From: Botryllus schlosseri | Taxonomy: Eukaryota | Reading direction: 5' to 3' | Length of the DNA: 64,000 nt | Assembly: GCA_051294905.1 (NCBI GenBank) | Contig: CM119371.1 | Coordinates: forward strand, 4,528,001-4,592,000 | Shown: positions 25,555 through 39,211 of the stretch, in pieces | Layout of the letters: every line of letters starts with the position of its first letter | Position numbering within the stretch: the stretch's first letter is position 1 | The notes under the pieces: model-generated | What the model was told of the DNA's origin: nothing | The model's input: only the letters and a program-made list of their open reading frames with translations | Database searches by the model: none | Made by a program: the position numbers and the translations under genes

Positions 25555-26078
25555 ATATACGCGTGTAATACCACGTAGAAACATTGAATTCAATTTCATG
25601 ATTCTGGGATACTGTTACGCCGTCGTACGTTGATTCAATAAATTTGCAAGTCCTGTAGACAGAAACAAAATATTCGTCCATGTGATCTTCGAATACGTGT
25701 GCACTAGACAGGCTTCGTGGTACGTCAGCCAACGAACCCTGCGGCGTGTGACGCCGTTCCGTCGAAGGAAAGATACACGCAACGACTCAAAAGTAGCCTA
25801 ACCTTCATAGAGTCAGATTACACACAAAACAACAACAACAAACATTCGCTCTGCGTTAAAAGTAATACTTGATTCAGAACCGCGCCCGGCCTTACATAGG
25901 CCTATTACACGTCTACTATCAGAAACCAGTATTAAATAAACTATCTAATTTGAATGGTTCACAACTCTGCAAAATTTGTTGTCAATACAGCTTGAGAATC
26001 ACCGATGTAGAATTGTCCAACAAATAATATTGTTATTCTCATTCTAGGAATCCAATTATCTTTGATATTTGTTTTCAG

Positions 26079-26202
26079 TTGCAGATGGAGTTTTACAAAA
26101 GGAGGCGCACCATCATGGATTCAGAGTCTCGTTATGACATGCAACAGATTGTGCTTGATGTCATTCATCGTCACGACTGCAAGACCATTCAGAGATATCG
26201 AG
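26079..26202 (+). pseudogene. PLK1: PLK exon C copy 1 (catalytic loop), frameshifted
   Basis: LQMEFYKRRRTIMDSESRYDMQQIVLDVIHRHDCKTI; 124 nt vs 126 in intact copies. Confidence 0.85.
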
Positions 26203-26508
26203 GTAACAAATACCTGACTATGATAATTTGGACGTTGTTTACGGGAAATTTTGTATTGCTACTCAGTAATTGCCTAGTTTTTTCTGTATTGTGGTAGGTC
26301 TGTCGGTCTTATTCTTCAGTAATTTCGTTGTTTATGTGAAAAGCCAATCTGATTCTGATAAAATGTATTTATTCATTTGTGTTTCAGTCAATTCTAGATT
26401 TTTAAAGGTCATTAGTTCGAAATCTAATTGTTCATTTTGCAACTCGAGTAGTTTGTTTTTATGTGTGTCTGATGCCAGTGTGCTAATGTGCAATATTTTA
26501 TTTTGCAG

Positions 26509-26719
26509 ATTAATTTGGATTTGATTTCAAGGTAATATATAAAAAAGTAGATTTCGGTACTAAAGAGATCCATGAAGTCTTGTATGAAGAGTGAAGACAG
26601 ACTCTACTGAGAAACGATACACGGGAGGTCGATTTCTTGGCATAGGAGGATTTGCAAACTACTTTGAAATCACGGAAGTCGGAACAAAACAAGCTTATGC
26701 TTTAAAAATTGTACCAATG
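26509..26719 (+). pseudogene. PLK1: PLK exon A copy 2
   Basis: KEIHEVL...KRYTGGRFLGIGGFANYFEITEVGTKQAYALKIVPM, then gtgag. Confidence 0.9.
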
Positions 26720-27561
26720 GTGAGCCAAGTTTATGGACAGATTCGAATCCACGTGACTGATTATATTTGTCGCATTCATTAATGGCATTATTGTGAATAA
26801 TCAACAAATATTGTCAAGAACTTGTAAATTGTCATTCTTACATACTTATTATAACTAGAGCCCGACTGATATCAGACTTTCAAGCCAATACCGATAAAAC
26901 CGATACCCATTATCCTTGATTATCCATGATCGGTGGATCATCCCAGAATTATCATCGAAAAACTTGAATAACTCCGCTGCTACAGTTTGGAATTGAGTCA
27001 AATTTGTTTTGCATCGTTATTGAAGACAGCGCAACAATTTCATGGGGTTGGAAGAAAAATTTGAAATTTGGGCAAATTCAAAATTTTCAAACTGTACGAA
27101 ATCTGCGAATATTGGTTGGAATGAATTGAAATTTGGCATGCGCCGTTTTTGAAGGCAACCTCACGATTTAATCACGTAGCCAGCAAGATTCAGGAAAAAG
27201 GAATATTTTTGAACAGCCCTACCCTTCACCCGTACCCTCGATATTCTTCTAGCTTGGGCACATTTCCAAAATAGAACGGCTTCACAGTCATTTCTATGCG
27301 TGGACATGAAATAAACTAGAAATGATGCATCCGGGCACTTGTAAGCTATAGAAAATATATTAATATTCCCAGTGTAGCAGTCGCAGATGATAGTTCTCTT
27401 AGTCCCTACTACCAATCTGTGACGTCATGGATATTACCGATATCTTTTCCCTCGTGGCTGATACCGTTATTTCTCTCAAAGTCTGTACGATATTATTGGC
27501 GAACTTATACTGGGCCGCGCTTTGATTACAGGCATCAATTTCGTGTGAATTTGAGCTTCAG

Positions 27562-27682
27562 CTACTACTCTAGAATGAGCATCTAAATGACAAAATGTGT
27601 TGAGAGATCAGTCTCCATAGCGGTGTGAATCACAAGCACATCATTTAATTTCACGGATAAGACAAAGATTTTGTCCAGATTG
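27562..27682 (+). pseudogene. PLK1: PLK exon B copy 2, truncated
   Basis: gacaaaatgtgttgagagatcagtctccat is homologous to copy 1; stops and deletions. Confidence 0.75.
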
Positions 27683-28162
27683 TAATGTAATTTGGAATAA
27701 AAATTGTAGCTATAATTCTAATTGTAGTCTAGTTTGGAAATACCGAGAATAAAACCATTATCACTAGGGCTGGGAACAATGATCTCAGTACCGTACCGTA
27801 ATCAAATCTGGATCAATATATTGTTTGTGGTCCCATAGAAGGCACATATGTGAAATTTCAACCTCATTTATACTGCTTTGATGTCATAATGAGTGATACT
27901 CGAATACTCGACTCGAAGCCTAATACCGTATTCTGAATGGAATCACTCAGGTATTCAATTTTTCCCTGCATATGACAACTCTGATATCAAAGTGGCAGCC
28001 TGAAATGAACTTTCTGATTTGGAAGGTTCACGGGGTCTACAAAATTGTTGTTGAATTTTACCAGTCGGCTAGCTCCAGAAGGTTTTGAACCACTGATTTA
28101 TATGTTCCGGCAAATAATATTGTCAATCTATCAATCCGATTACATTTGAATTATGTTGTCAG

Positions 28163-28288
28163 TCGCTGATGGAAATTTACAAAAAACGACGCGTCATCAC
28201 AGAACCAGAGACTCGTTATTACAAGCAACATATTCTGCTTGGAGTTGTTCATCTTCACGATTGCAAGATCATTCACACGGATATTAAG
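28163..28288 (+). pseudogene. PLK1: PLK exon C copy 2 (open frame, HRD changed to HTD)
   Basis: SLMEIYKKRRVITEPETRYYKQHILLGVVHLHDCKIIHTDIK; ag/gt; 126 nt. Confidence 0.9.
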
Positions 28289-28344
28289 GTAATATTGCTT
28301 GCAGTGGTGACAGAATTGTAGAAACTACTGAATTTTTCAATATT

Positions 28345-28845
28345 CATAATTGGAACTAGAACTACTCCCTTTTCAAAGCTTGCAGCTACAACTAGAACTA
28401 GAATTACTTTTAAATCACTCACTTTTTAAAAATAGCATCTACAACTATAACTAGAATTACTCGCTTTTGAATTACTCATTTTAAAAACCAGCAACTCTAC
28501 AACTCGGACTAGAATCATTCACTTTTCGGAACTCGCAACTACAACTCGAACTAGAATTACTCATTTTTGGAAACTAGTAACTACAACTAGAACTAGAATA
28601 ACTCCCTTTTCAAAACCAGCAACTGGAACTAGAATTACTCACTTTAGAATTGCTCGCTTTTTAGAACTAGCAACTAGAACTAGAACTAGAATTACTAACT
28701 TTTATATCACTCACTCTTCAAAACCAGCATGTACAACTAGAACTAGAATTACTCACTTTTACTCGCTTTTCAAAACTAGCAACTACATCTATAACTAGAC
28801 TTACTCACTTTGAATTACTCAGTTGTATAAAACTCGCAATATACA
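28345..28845 (+). repeat. Degenerate minisatellite (aactagaactagaattactcactttt-like units)
   Basis: Roughly ten tandem imperfect units; shorter relatives at about 35.3, 35.8, 36.0 and 47.3 kb. Confidence 0.7.
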
Positions 28846-29524
28846 CTTTTTTCAGGTTCATCATTACTAAGAACGGATATATTCTTCTACTCATTAATAT
28901 TGGCAAATATACTCATCAAGTGAAAGCGATGTCTTTTCTCGCATCCAAAAACGCCGTGTCGAAGGCCACTGTCGCGGCACTGTGGTAAATCCACGCTCGT
29001 TTGAAACAAAGTAGAATAACGCCGGGTAGTTCGGGTTAAAATGCCATCACACCCTGCAGTGAGCAATAACTGCTCAAATTCTTCGTAGTTCTCACAGCAC
29101 ACGATGAACCGCGCTTTTTAGGGGTACTCTGCTGTCCCAGGTTCAACATTGTCAATTAACAATGGACTTTTCCGGTACAGCTGAATGGACGGACTGCCCT
29201 AAATTGCCCTGGCTGATTCGATTCTGCATTTTGCAGCTTTATTTATAAATCGTTTCAGCGCTACGCAGCAGTTACCTTCTAAACGTACACCGTTTACTCT
29301 CATTTACTCTCGGCGCCCCCTACCGCCCCACTTTAATAGTCAGCGCCCCCCAATCACCCATTTCATGGCCAGCGCCCCCTTCGCGCTCGCACCACCTTCA
29401 CGCTCGCGCCCCCTTCGCGCTTGCCGGCGCCCACTTTGGGAACCACTGATCTAACTAGTTTGTTAGTTTGCACAAGTCTATGTAGGCCTACGTGTGTAAC
29501 TGTACGTGAAATTTTTCTTGACAG

Positions 29525-29712
29525 CAGGATATCCATTCCTAAACAATAGCATGGACGTAAAGTTTGGAGATTTCGACCGAGTTGCCAAAGTCGACACTGC
29601 CGACCAAACAAAAAAGTTCTTTTTGCGGCACATCCAACTATATTGCCTCGAAAGTTCTAGGCATGAAGGCACACAGTTTCAAAGCGGAGACCTAATCGTT
29701 TGGTTGTGTTTT
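29525..29712 (+). pseudogene. PLK1: PLK exon D copy 1 (DFG/activation loop), frameshifted
   Basis: FLNNSMDVKFGDFDRVAKVD...CGTSNYIA...GCV; ends at gtgag. Confidence 0.85.
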
Positions 29713-30227
29713 GTGAGTATATGCAACTACATTTATCTGGGACTTTAATGGATGGGTAGGTCTGAATAAAATCGAGTATTATGATTCATTCCGAGGATCA
29801 CTCAATAGGAAATATGTGGAAAGTTCAAATACGTACCTTTTACTCCAGCACAAAGCATATTATGACAGTTGTACATCAGTTTAGGGATGATTTGGTATTT
29901 TTCAAGCATATCATTTTGTCACAATGCTATGTATTGATCACAACTTCGCAGATATCATATTTCAACTAAAGTGCGTATCTTGGTACTGCGTGTTTCATAT
30001 GCTGCGATACGGCCAATCGAGATTTCATGGCTATAATTCTCATTGATGTATTTCCTCTTAGTGGCAAGGATCGTATCATTTTAGAACTAAAAAAATCATC
30101 TCCTAATTCTCGACTCTAATCATTAGAATTGATACTCAACTCAGATTCCAATATCCGAATCACTGTGCCCAGTCCTAGCCACAAGCTTCCCACTTGATAA
30201 CTTGGTGCATATTTTTCTTTACCCTAG

Positions 30228-30268
30228 GTATACATCGTTGGTCGGTAAGGAACCATACTGGATTTTTA
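30228..30268 (+). pseudogene. PLK1: PLK exon E fragment
   Basis: YTSLVGKEP after a cctag acceptor vs PLK1 YTLLVGKPP. Confidence 0.65.
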
Positions 30269-30430
30269 AACTGCGCAACGATAGAACGACTCGCTTTCCA
30301 AAATGTGCAACTACAACTAGAACTATTTTCTTTTAAAGTCCACAATCAGATATAGAAATACTGAGAGAAAGACTTAGTTAGTTGCTCTTCACCGAACTAG
30401 ATAGGTAATTTGTACGAGTCTCAATTTCAG

Positions 30431-30568
30431 GCAATGATCATCAGAAAGACAAAATGTATCAAGAGATTATCTCCATCACAGTTTGAATGACAAGCATGTT
30501 GTTGGATTTCACCGATTCTTCGAAGACAAGGATTTTATCGACATCTTCCTCGAGTTGTGCAAAAGAAG
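30431..30568 (+). pseudogene. PLK1: PLK exon B copy 3
   Basis: HQKDKMYQE...[24 protein letters not shown] with indels. Confidence 0.85.
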
Positions 30569-30600
30569 GTAAAACATTTCCTTGTTGCAACTGTAATATT

Positions 30601-31147
30601 CAGCGCTGCAATGACTTGAGTCATGACTCGACTAGACTCTTGATTTTTGGTGACTTGACTTGACTCGAGTCAATGTGTCTTGTGACTCAACTTGTACTGG
30701 AGTCATTTTTGCATGACTCGAACCAAGTCATATGACTCGAGACTAGGACGGCCAAGACAGACATTTCATTATAACTTCGAAGAATAGTAAAGTCACCACA
30801 TTGTTGGTGTTTCGTCTATCAGTCCTGATACTTGGAAAATACGGCTAGAAACTGTTAACACTGAAGAAAATAACAATATTATGAATGCGAGCCATTCTAT
30901 ATCACGCGAGCAGAGTTGGACAAAGTGGGTTGAACCGGATTGAACTCAAAACTGAACCGTGAATATAATGATTTGGACTAGGACTCGAGTCATAACACTG
31001 TGACTCGGACTCAAGCGTCTACTCACTGACCTGGACTCGGGCTTGACTCGGTGATGAATTGGAAATGACCGGACTTAACTCGAGTAAAAACTACAAAAGT
31101 GAGATCGACTTGTGACTCGGAACCTCGTGACTTGGTTACAACCCCAG
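30601..31147. mobile_element. MITE with gactcg subterminal repeats (same family as 39654-40104)
   Basis: Begins cagcgctgcaatgact; internal similarity to 39654-40104; TSD degenerate. Confidence 0.65.
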
Positions 31148-31700
31148 TAATGTGTTTATGAGGCGATCGCAATTGCATCACCTCTGTAATGTTCATTACT
31201 AGCAGACCTAGACAACTAGATAGTTCTTATCTAATTTGCTTAATTAGAGCCAAATTCTGGTAATGTAGTTTTAATCCGATTTGTCAATGCTTTTACATCC
31301 ACATTTTCATTTCAATCTAATTTTTGGTGTTCCTAAAAATGCTACAGGAAAACTGTATCGTACGAAACGAGCCAAGCTTGATGTGCAGATATCTGCTATT
31401 CTCGTGCTTATCTAAATGAACCCGGAATTGATATGAAGTGAGCCTGATTTCTGTACCATTTATTTGATGAATTAAGTAATTAACATTCTAATCTAATTTA
31501 GAAATACCTGTGTAGCTATCATTCTAATTCTGGTCAAATTTGAAAAAATAATTATCCATAATGTTATGATTCACTCCAAATGAGGACCCGTGTTTTCTAG
31601 TTGATCGGCAACTGCAATTATTTTAAATTCTCAAATGAACTAGAACCACTCGCTTTTCAAAATCCGTAAGTGAAACTAGCACCCGGTATCTGAATTCCAG

Positions 31701-31849
31701 GCATTGCTCGCGGATGATCACCAGAAAGACAATATGTGTCGGGTGATCATGCACGTCGCAATTTGAATCACAAGCACGTTGTTGGATTTCGCAGATTCTT
31801 TCAAGACAAGGATTTTGCCGACATCGTTCTCGAGTTGTGCAAAAGAAGG
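31701..31849 (+). pseudogene. PLK1: PLK exon B copy 4
   Basis: [14 protein letters not shown]...[25 protein letters not shown]; frameshift; donor mutated to GA. Confidence 0.85.
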
Positions 31850-32842
31850 GAAAAGCCATTTCCTCGTTACCAGTGTAATGTTTCTGTCACTGTGCCTCAA
31901 ATGCATCTCTAACGTTTATTGCTGACAGACTCGCGAAACCAATTGATATCAAGTGAACTGATTTTAGGTTCATTTCATTTGTGGATTTCGTAATTCTAGT
32001 CTAATTTGTAAAAAATAAAATATGTAGCTGTAACTCTAATTTCAATGACATTTGGAAAGAGACAGTAGCTATAATTCTGTAGATATAATTTTAATTCTAA
32101 TCTAGCTTTGAAAAGCTGACAATTTAGTTACACAACTTTGAAAACTAGGGGGATGGTCACAATGATTCGAGTAGTCGATCTAAATTGAGTAGTTATTCTA
32201 ATGATCAGAGTCGAGTACTGAAATAATATGCTCCTTGTCACAAGAGGTAAAATTATTAACAATAAACTTAACTAAGCTGAAGTAGGGTGAATTTGTCAAT
32301 GAGAACTTTGGCTTCGATAGTATTTTCCACTGCGGAAAGCTGTGAGCCTCAATAGGCCGCAACAGAGCACACGAAACATGTAGTACAAAGCTAAGCTAGT
32401 TACTGGAAATGACATATCTTTGAAGTCGTGATCAACTCACAGCATCGTCACAAAGTGTAATGAAATAGGTATGCTCGACAAATTTACAAATTATCGTAAA
32501 GCGTAAAAGGTAGTCTACATATTTGAAATTTCCGCATCATCCATACTGGTATGGCATCATAATTAGTGATACTCAAATACTTGACTCGAAGCCTGATACT
32601 CAATTTAATTTCAAATCAGTCTAGCACTCGATTTCACTCAGCCCTACGTACGACAGCTCAAATATCAAAAAGGCATGAAAGGTAGTTTTCAATTTGAAAG
32701 TTATCGGTTCCAAAAGTTTATTTTCGAATTTCACTGGCCTGCTATCTCGAATAGTTTGAGAACCAATGATTCAGATACTCCCAACAAATGATATTCTTGT
32801 TTTTATCCTGTCAATCCGATTACCTTTAATTTATGTTTTCAG

Positions 32843-32965
32843 TCGCTGATGGAAGTTTACAGAAAGACGCGCCATCACAGAAGCAGAGACTTGTTATTGC
32901 ATGTGACAGACTCTGTTTAACGTCGTTATCTTCATGATTGTCAGAACATTCACAGAGATATTGAG
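32843..32965 (+). pseudogene. PLK1: PLK exon C copy 3
   Basis: tcgctgatggaagtttac...attcacagagatattgag, then gt; indels and a stop. Confidence 0.85.
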
Positions 32966-33678
32966 GTAATAAGATTAGTGTAGTTGCCTAATGAAACTCA
33001 TTACAGTGAATGCCTGTAATCTAATTCTAATCTAATTTGTCAAACGTTTCCATGCTCTCATTTTAATTATAATATAATTTCTGGTTTTCCTGACATTGCT
33101 ACAGGAAAGTGTGCCGTGCGAGACTAACCAAGCTCGATGTACAGACATTTTGCATTCTTGTGCATGATAATGAATTCTGATTTGATATGAACTGAACTTC
33201 ATTCGATGTCAAAGTTTTCGTGAGCTTAGTAATTCTAACTGTAATCTAATGTGTAGCCATCATTCTAATAACTGCCTAATTTGGAGTAAACTGTTTAGCT
33301 TTTATACTAATTCTACTCCAATTCAAAACAAAAACTATGTTGCTATCATTCTCAATTCCATATAATTCGTAGATTACTGTGTAGCTGTCATTATATTTGT
33401 ACTCTAATATGAAAAATACTTCGTAGATGTACTGTAATTCTAATCCTAATATAACTTCATCAAGCTGAAAATTTCCCAGGTATCCAAGTCTCCAAATCTG
33501 CCTATCCTGATCCTTTGAATCTCTTCCTATCCAAACGCGGAATAAGTTTACGATATCAAATCTAAACGTAGATTCGTATTATAGTTCTAATTCCACAAAT
33601 CTTCATTCCCAAATATATTTGGCATTATACACGAGTTAGTATCTGTGATTTGGTTATTATCAGTGATTTCTTCACTAG

Positions 33679-33862
33679 AATGTTGGCGAGTGACCCGTCT
33701 CATCGAGCTTCTGTAAAAGAAGTGCTGGCCAACGAGTTCGTCAGCGGCTACGTTCCACAAAACCTGCACACAACCGGATTGAGCTCACGTCCAGGTTTCA
33801 TTTCACGGACTCTTCCAAGACAAGGATTTTGTCCACATCGTTTTGAGTTGTGCAAAAGAAAG
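33679..33862 (+). pseudogene. PLK1: Chimeric PLK exon F/B
   Basis: MLASDPSHRASVKEVLANEFVSGYVPQNLHTTGL (exon F) joined at about 33800 to the 3' half of exon B, ending ELCKRK then gtgag. Confidence 0.8.
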
Positions 33863-34774
33863 GTGAGATCTTTACTATGTTGTTGAGATCTCAAACAGCA
33901 GTGGTGGCAATTGCATTAGCTCAGTAATGTTCATTACTTACAGACTTGGACGACTAGATAATTGAAGTTGTCTAATTGAGTAATATTCTAATTCTAATCT
34001 ACATTTTGAATACTTTTATTACCATCTCGTTTCAATTCCATGATAATCACCGGTTTCCTGATATGCTAAACGAACAAAGCTTGGTTTCGAGACATCTCCC
34101 ATTATTGTGACGATGAAAAGCAGCTCTAATGTGATAAGAAGTTGACTTCATTTCTGTTTTATTTCGTTTACCAAACCAAGTAATTCTAATCTAATTAAGA
34201 AAAATGTGTAGCTGTAATTCTAATTGTAATCTGGTTTGGAAAATATGAGAATTTTTTACTGTAGAAAGCTGTAAACCACGATTAGACGTATCGCATCATA
34301 CCTACCGTGTAGTAAAAAGCTTCGCACAATACTGGAAATAACATTTCTTGGAAGTTGCCATCAACACATGGCATTATCACAAAGTGCAAGAAATAGGTTT
34401 TGTCGAAAAATAGCAAATCATCTTTAATCTGATGTAAAGCTGCCATGTTATTCCACATGGTCACATAAAACGTCCATATTTGAACTTTCCGCGTCATCCA
34501 TTCTGGTGTGATTTCATAATGAGTGATAAGCAAATATTCGACTAGAAGCCTAGTACTCGATTTAGACTCAAATCACTCAGTTACTAGATTTTGCCCAGCA
34601 CTGCGTCTGTTACGTCAAATATCGAAAAAGCAGCATTAAAGAAAGTTTCTAATTCGAAAGGTTCGTCGGTACTAAATATTTGCTACTCAAAAAGGTTGGG
34701 AACCAATAATTTAGATGTATATCATATTCTTGTTTTGATTCTATCAATCCTATCAACTTATCATTTGTTTTCAG

Positions 34775-34899
34775 TTGCTGATGAAAGTTTACAAAGAGGA
34801 TGCGCCATCACAGAACCAGTGACACATTACTAAATGCAACAGATTCTGCTTGGAGTTTTTCATCTTCACGATTGTAGGATCGTTCACACAGATATCCAG
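34775..34899 (+). pseudogene. PLK1: PLK exon C copy 4
   Basis: ...AITEPVTHY*MQQILLGVFHLHDCRIVHTDIQ. Confidence 0.85.
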
Positions 34900-35471
34900 G
34901 TAACATTGTTGGCCGCAGTGGCAGACTTGTACAAACTACTGGATTTTCCAAATACACTACTTGGTTTCAAACTTATCAACTAGAGTTAATGACCATTACG
35001 ATTCTGCAACGAATGAATAGCTGATGACACATATTACTAATTACAATTGAGCTAGTAAATATCAGAGATAGAACCACTGAATCAGTATATCAAATGGACG
35101 GGAGTTTTATTTAGGAATGACAGGCGTGTCAACCCCCAAGACCCACTTTACTGGCTACGTCACTGTTTGTAGTTATGACTGTGATGTAGCGATGGCTGCA
35201 AGAACATCAAACAACAGAACATTGGTATCACAATTCTCGTGAAACGACGAAGCATGTTTTCTAGCTGTTCGGCAATTGTTTTGGAAACGCATAACTAGAA
35301 CTATGCACTTTTCATAACTACAACTAGAACTACTCACGCCTCAAATCTGCAACTACAACTAAAACTGAAACTACTCAAAAAACTTTACTCAGTTGGCTAT
35401 CAACCAGCCAGATTAATAGTATGTACAAGTTTGTAAACTTATGTATCTGAATGTGAGATTTGTATTGGCAG

Positions 35472-35633
35472 CTGGAGAACCTGTCCCTGAACAATATGGG
35501 CCTGAAGATTGGAGATTTTAGCCTAGCCACCGGAGTCGACTTTGATGGCCAAACAAGTAGTACATCTTGCGGTACATCCAACTGCATTGCCCCGGAAGTT
35601 CTCGACAAGAATGTACATAGTTTCAAAGTGGAC
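35472..35633 (+). pseudogene. PLK1: PLK exon D copy 2, 3'-truncated
   Basis: [54 protein letters not shown]. Confidence 0.9.
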
Positions 35634-36477
35634 TAGCTCAAGGAGCATTCCCAAACCTTCGGAACATTTGTTTGAACATCTTTGCATCCATTTCAATGCT
35701 TGTATAGGAAATGAACTAGAAATGATACATCCGGACACGTGTAAGTAGAGATGCAACTAGATTTATAACTAATTAATTTTCAAAACTCGCAACTAGAGCT
35801 ACTCACTTTTCAAAGCTCACAGCTGCAACTATAACTAGTAACTAGTACCACTCATGTTTCCATGCTCACAACCAGAACAAGTCTTTTAACTCTTAGTTAG
35901 CAATTCGATTGCAAGAACATCAGACAAAGGAACACTGCTATCACGATTCGCGGCAAACGATGACGTATGTTTTCTAGTTATTCGACAACACATCTTTTTG
36001 AAAACGCTCTACTACAACTAGAACAACTCAGTTTTCAAATCCGCAACTACAACTACGCAAAAAGCAGTAGTTAGTATGCCATCAACTAACTAGATGAGTA
36101 ATTTGTACAAGTCTGTATGCTTGTGTAACCGAATGTGAATTTTTTCAACCATACCTATTTCGTTCCACTATGTGACAATGATGTAGGTTGATCTCGACTA
36201 CACAGAAATGTCATGTGCAGTAACACTGCACCCTTTTACCACAGATTTCGTATGATGCAATGCAAGCAATCAATATTTACAGCATTCCAAACTGGAAAAT
36301 AGTATTTAAACTATAATTAATTATCGGTAAAAAAATTAACTTATTGTGGCAAAAAAATGCATCATTTCACAACTCGAAAAAATCATATCTCACTACTCGA
36401 CTCGAACGATTGTGCCCAACCCTAGCAACAAACATCCGACGCGGTAACTTGTTGCATGTTATTTTTCTTTATTGTAG

Positions 36478-36606
36478 GTACACATTGTTGGTCGACAAGC
36501 TGCCTTTAAAGGCCAGTTGTTGCAGGAAACATTCTTGAAAATGAAGAAGAATGAATACGTGATTCTACAAATATTAATCAACTGCAGCTTGCAATCTCAT
36601 CAAAAG
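36478..36606 (+). pseudogene. PLK1: PLK exon E, frameshifted
   Basis: YTLLVDKLPLKASC...ETFLKMKKNEYVI vs PLK1 [29 protein letters not shown]. Confidence 0.85.
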
Positions 36607-36925
36607 GTATATTAAATATATATGAATTGGGCTTGCTATTTTGCCTTTTTTCTCGAGTGTTCCGTAGTGTTGGGATGACCCAGTGAAGTTTCTCAAGTGT
36701 CTTGACTTGACTCGAGTCGCCTTCAAAAATAAGTGTCTTAACCTGACTCAAGGCTACTTCAAAAAATGAGTGACTTACCTTGACCCTAGTCATATTCAAA
36801 AAATAAGTAACTTGACCTGCCTCGAAAAATCGAGTAAGTTGACTCGACTCAAAATATGCTATGAGTTGCGACTGACTCAAACATAGTGACTCATTTCCAA
36901 CGCTGACCTACCATGATTTCCACAG

Positions 36926-37078
36926 CATGTTGTCTATTGACCCATCACAACCAGCTACCGCAAAGCAATCACTGTCCAGTGAGTTTTCCAAAGGCTACAT
37001 TCCACAACAACTACCGACCACCTGCTTGGCTAGCACGCTCAGCTTACCGGAAAGTCAACTGGAGCCAATGTTTCAACG
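36926..37078 (+). pseudogene. PLK1: PLK exon F copy 2
   Basis: MLSIDPSQPATAKQSLSSEFSKGYIPQQLPTTCL; ends at gtaag. Confidence 0.8.
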
Positions 37079-37233
37079 GTAAGATTTTACAATAATGTGG
37101 TTACGACTGGCCACAATCTATCACTTGAGTGACTCGATTAAGTTTTAATTCGCCAATCCCGATTACCTAACAATCATGTGAAAATGTCGGGTTCTATCTG
37201 TGATTTTGTTTATATCTGTGATCTTCTCATTAG

Positions 37234-37386
37234 AATGTTTGAAATCGACCCCTGTAAAGGAAGTGCCGGCAAACAAGTATTTCAACGGCTACATTCCACG
37301 GAAACTGCCCATAACCTGATTGACGATGGCTCCTAGAATTTCGGAAAGCCAACTACAGCAAAGGCGTCCTCTCCTGAGTTTCAACA
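37234..37386 (+). pseudogene. PLK1: PLK exon F copy 3
   Basis: ...YFNGYIPRKLPIT*LTMAPRISESQLQQRRPL vs PLK1 GYIPARLPITCLTIPPRFS. Confidence 0.85.
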
Positions 37387-37929
37387 GTGAGTTTTGGTAG
37401 GTCTCGGCAAAATCGAGTTCCTGATTGATTCGATCTGAATCGAGTATTACGTTTCGAGTCGCGTACTCGAATCTCATCATAACTAGAGCTCGACACGGCA
37501 GATATCTTATTTTTGAGCCAATGTCGATAAGTAGCTCCTTCACCGATAACCTAGATATATTCGACCTATTTTGAAATAATATGGCAACTAGCTCAAGACA
37601 TATTTCCAAACCTTCAGCACATTTATTTGAACCAATTTGCGGCCATTGCTAGACTTGGACATGAAATAAACGAGAAAGGATGCAACTGAACGCACGTAAG
37701 CATATAGCAATAGTGCTTCTACTTTTACAGAGTACTCGAGTAGGTTTTGCCCCCAAGGCTATCACCATTATTAGTAGTGATGAGTCTGAGACGGCTGTAA
37801 GAACATCACACAACGAAAAACCGATATCATGATTCACGACGAACGATTGGCAACTGAAATATTTTACATAATCTGCTAGAACTAGGCCTACTCACTTTTT
37901 AAAATCTGCAACTAAAGCTAGTATCTGTG

Positions 37930-38069
37930 AAGTAGCATGAGAAAGACAAATTTGTCAAGAGCTCTCTCCATCGAAGTTTGAATCAAAAGTAGGCTACGTC
38001 GTTTGATTTCACGGAGTGTTCAAAGACAAGGATTTTGTCTGCATCGTTCTCGAGTTGTGTAAAAGAAGG
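37930..38069 (+). pseudogene. PLK1: PLK exon B copy 6
   Basis: ...[21 protein letters not shown]; donor mutated to AT. Confidence 0.8.
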
Positions 38070-39089
38070 ATAAAAGTGTTTCCTCATTACAAATGTAATG
38101 CACCTCTAACTGTGCCAGTCGAAAATGCATTAGAACTGTAGGGTTCATTACTAGCAGACTTCGACAACTGCATAATTATGGATCTATAATATATTAGGCT
38201 AAATAGGGCGAAATACTTCCAATGTAATTCCAATCTATTTAGTCAACTAATTCTACACATATAGTGTGAAACGAGTCAAGATTGGTTAACTATTTTCATG
38301 CTTATGATAATCAAGTTCGAATTGATATGAACTGAAATTGATTTCTTTTCCCAACTACGTAAATAAATCCTAATCTAGTTTGGATAATGTGATCATTTTC
38401 TAGTGACACAACTGTAATCACTAGGGCTGGACACAATAATTTGATGACTCAAATCTGAATCGAGTATCAATTCTAATAATTTTGATCGAGTAGTAGGATT
38501 GTTTCTCGTACTGACAATATATGCTCCATGTCACTAAAGAGAAAAATTATATAACCAATATGCTGAACTGAACCAATGGGAATTATACTTTCGATAATAT
38601 TTCTCGCCGTGAAAAGCTATGAAACCCAATAGCTCGTATTGCAGCATACGAAACATGCAGTACAAAAGCTACTCACGTTACTGAAAATTACAATCTGTGA
38701 AGTCGTGATCAACCGAAAGCATTGTCCCATAGTGCGGATTGCGATGAATAGTTATGGTCATAAAAGTGCAAAACAATCTTTATAATGTGACCGGAATCGG
38801 CATTATATTCTTTGTGGTGTTGCTGTTACGTTAACATGACTGACTTAAACTCATTACTCCATTCATGATCAAAACACTCGCATACTGTGTTTTAGCCAGC
38901 CCTATTTATTACACCTTGAAAAAGAAGGTAGTATTAGATGAAGTTTATAGTTTGGAAGGTTCCCCGGTCTGCAAATTTGACCGTCCCTCTAACTCAGAAA
39001 GGGGGAGAATCACTGATTTAGTTGTTTACAACAAAGAATATTAGTGTTTTCATTGCAGCAATCCAATTACCTTATATTTCAGTTGTCAG

Positions 39090-39211
39090 TCGCTGACAGA
39101 AGTTCACAAAAGAAGATGCGCCATCGCAGAACTAAAGACTCGTTATCACACAACTGATTCTGCTTGGTGTTGTTTATCGTCACGATTGAAATCATTCACA
39201 GAGACATCACG
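39090..39211 (+). pseudogene. PLK1: PLK exon C copy 5
   Basis: SLTEVHKRRCAIAELKTRY...IIHRDIT; indels. Confidence 0.85.
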
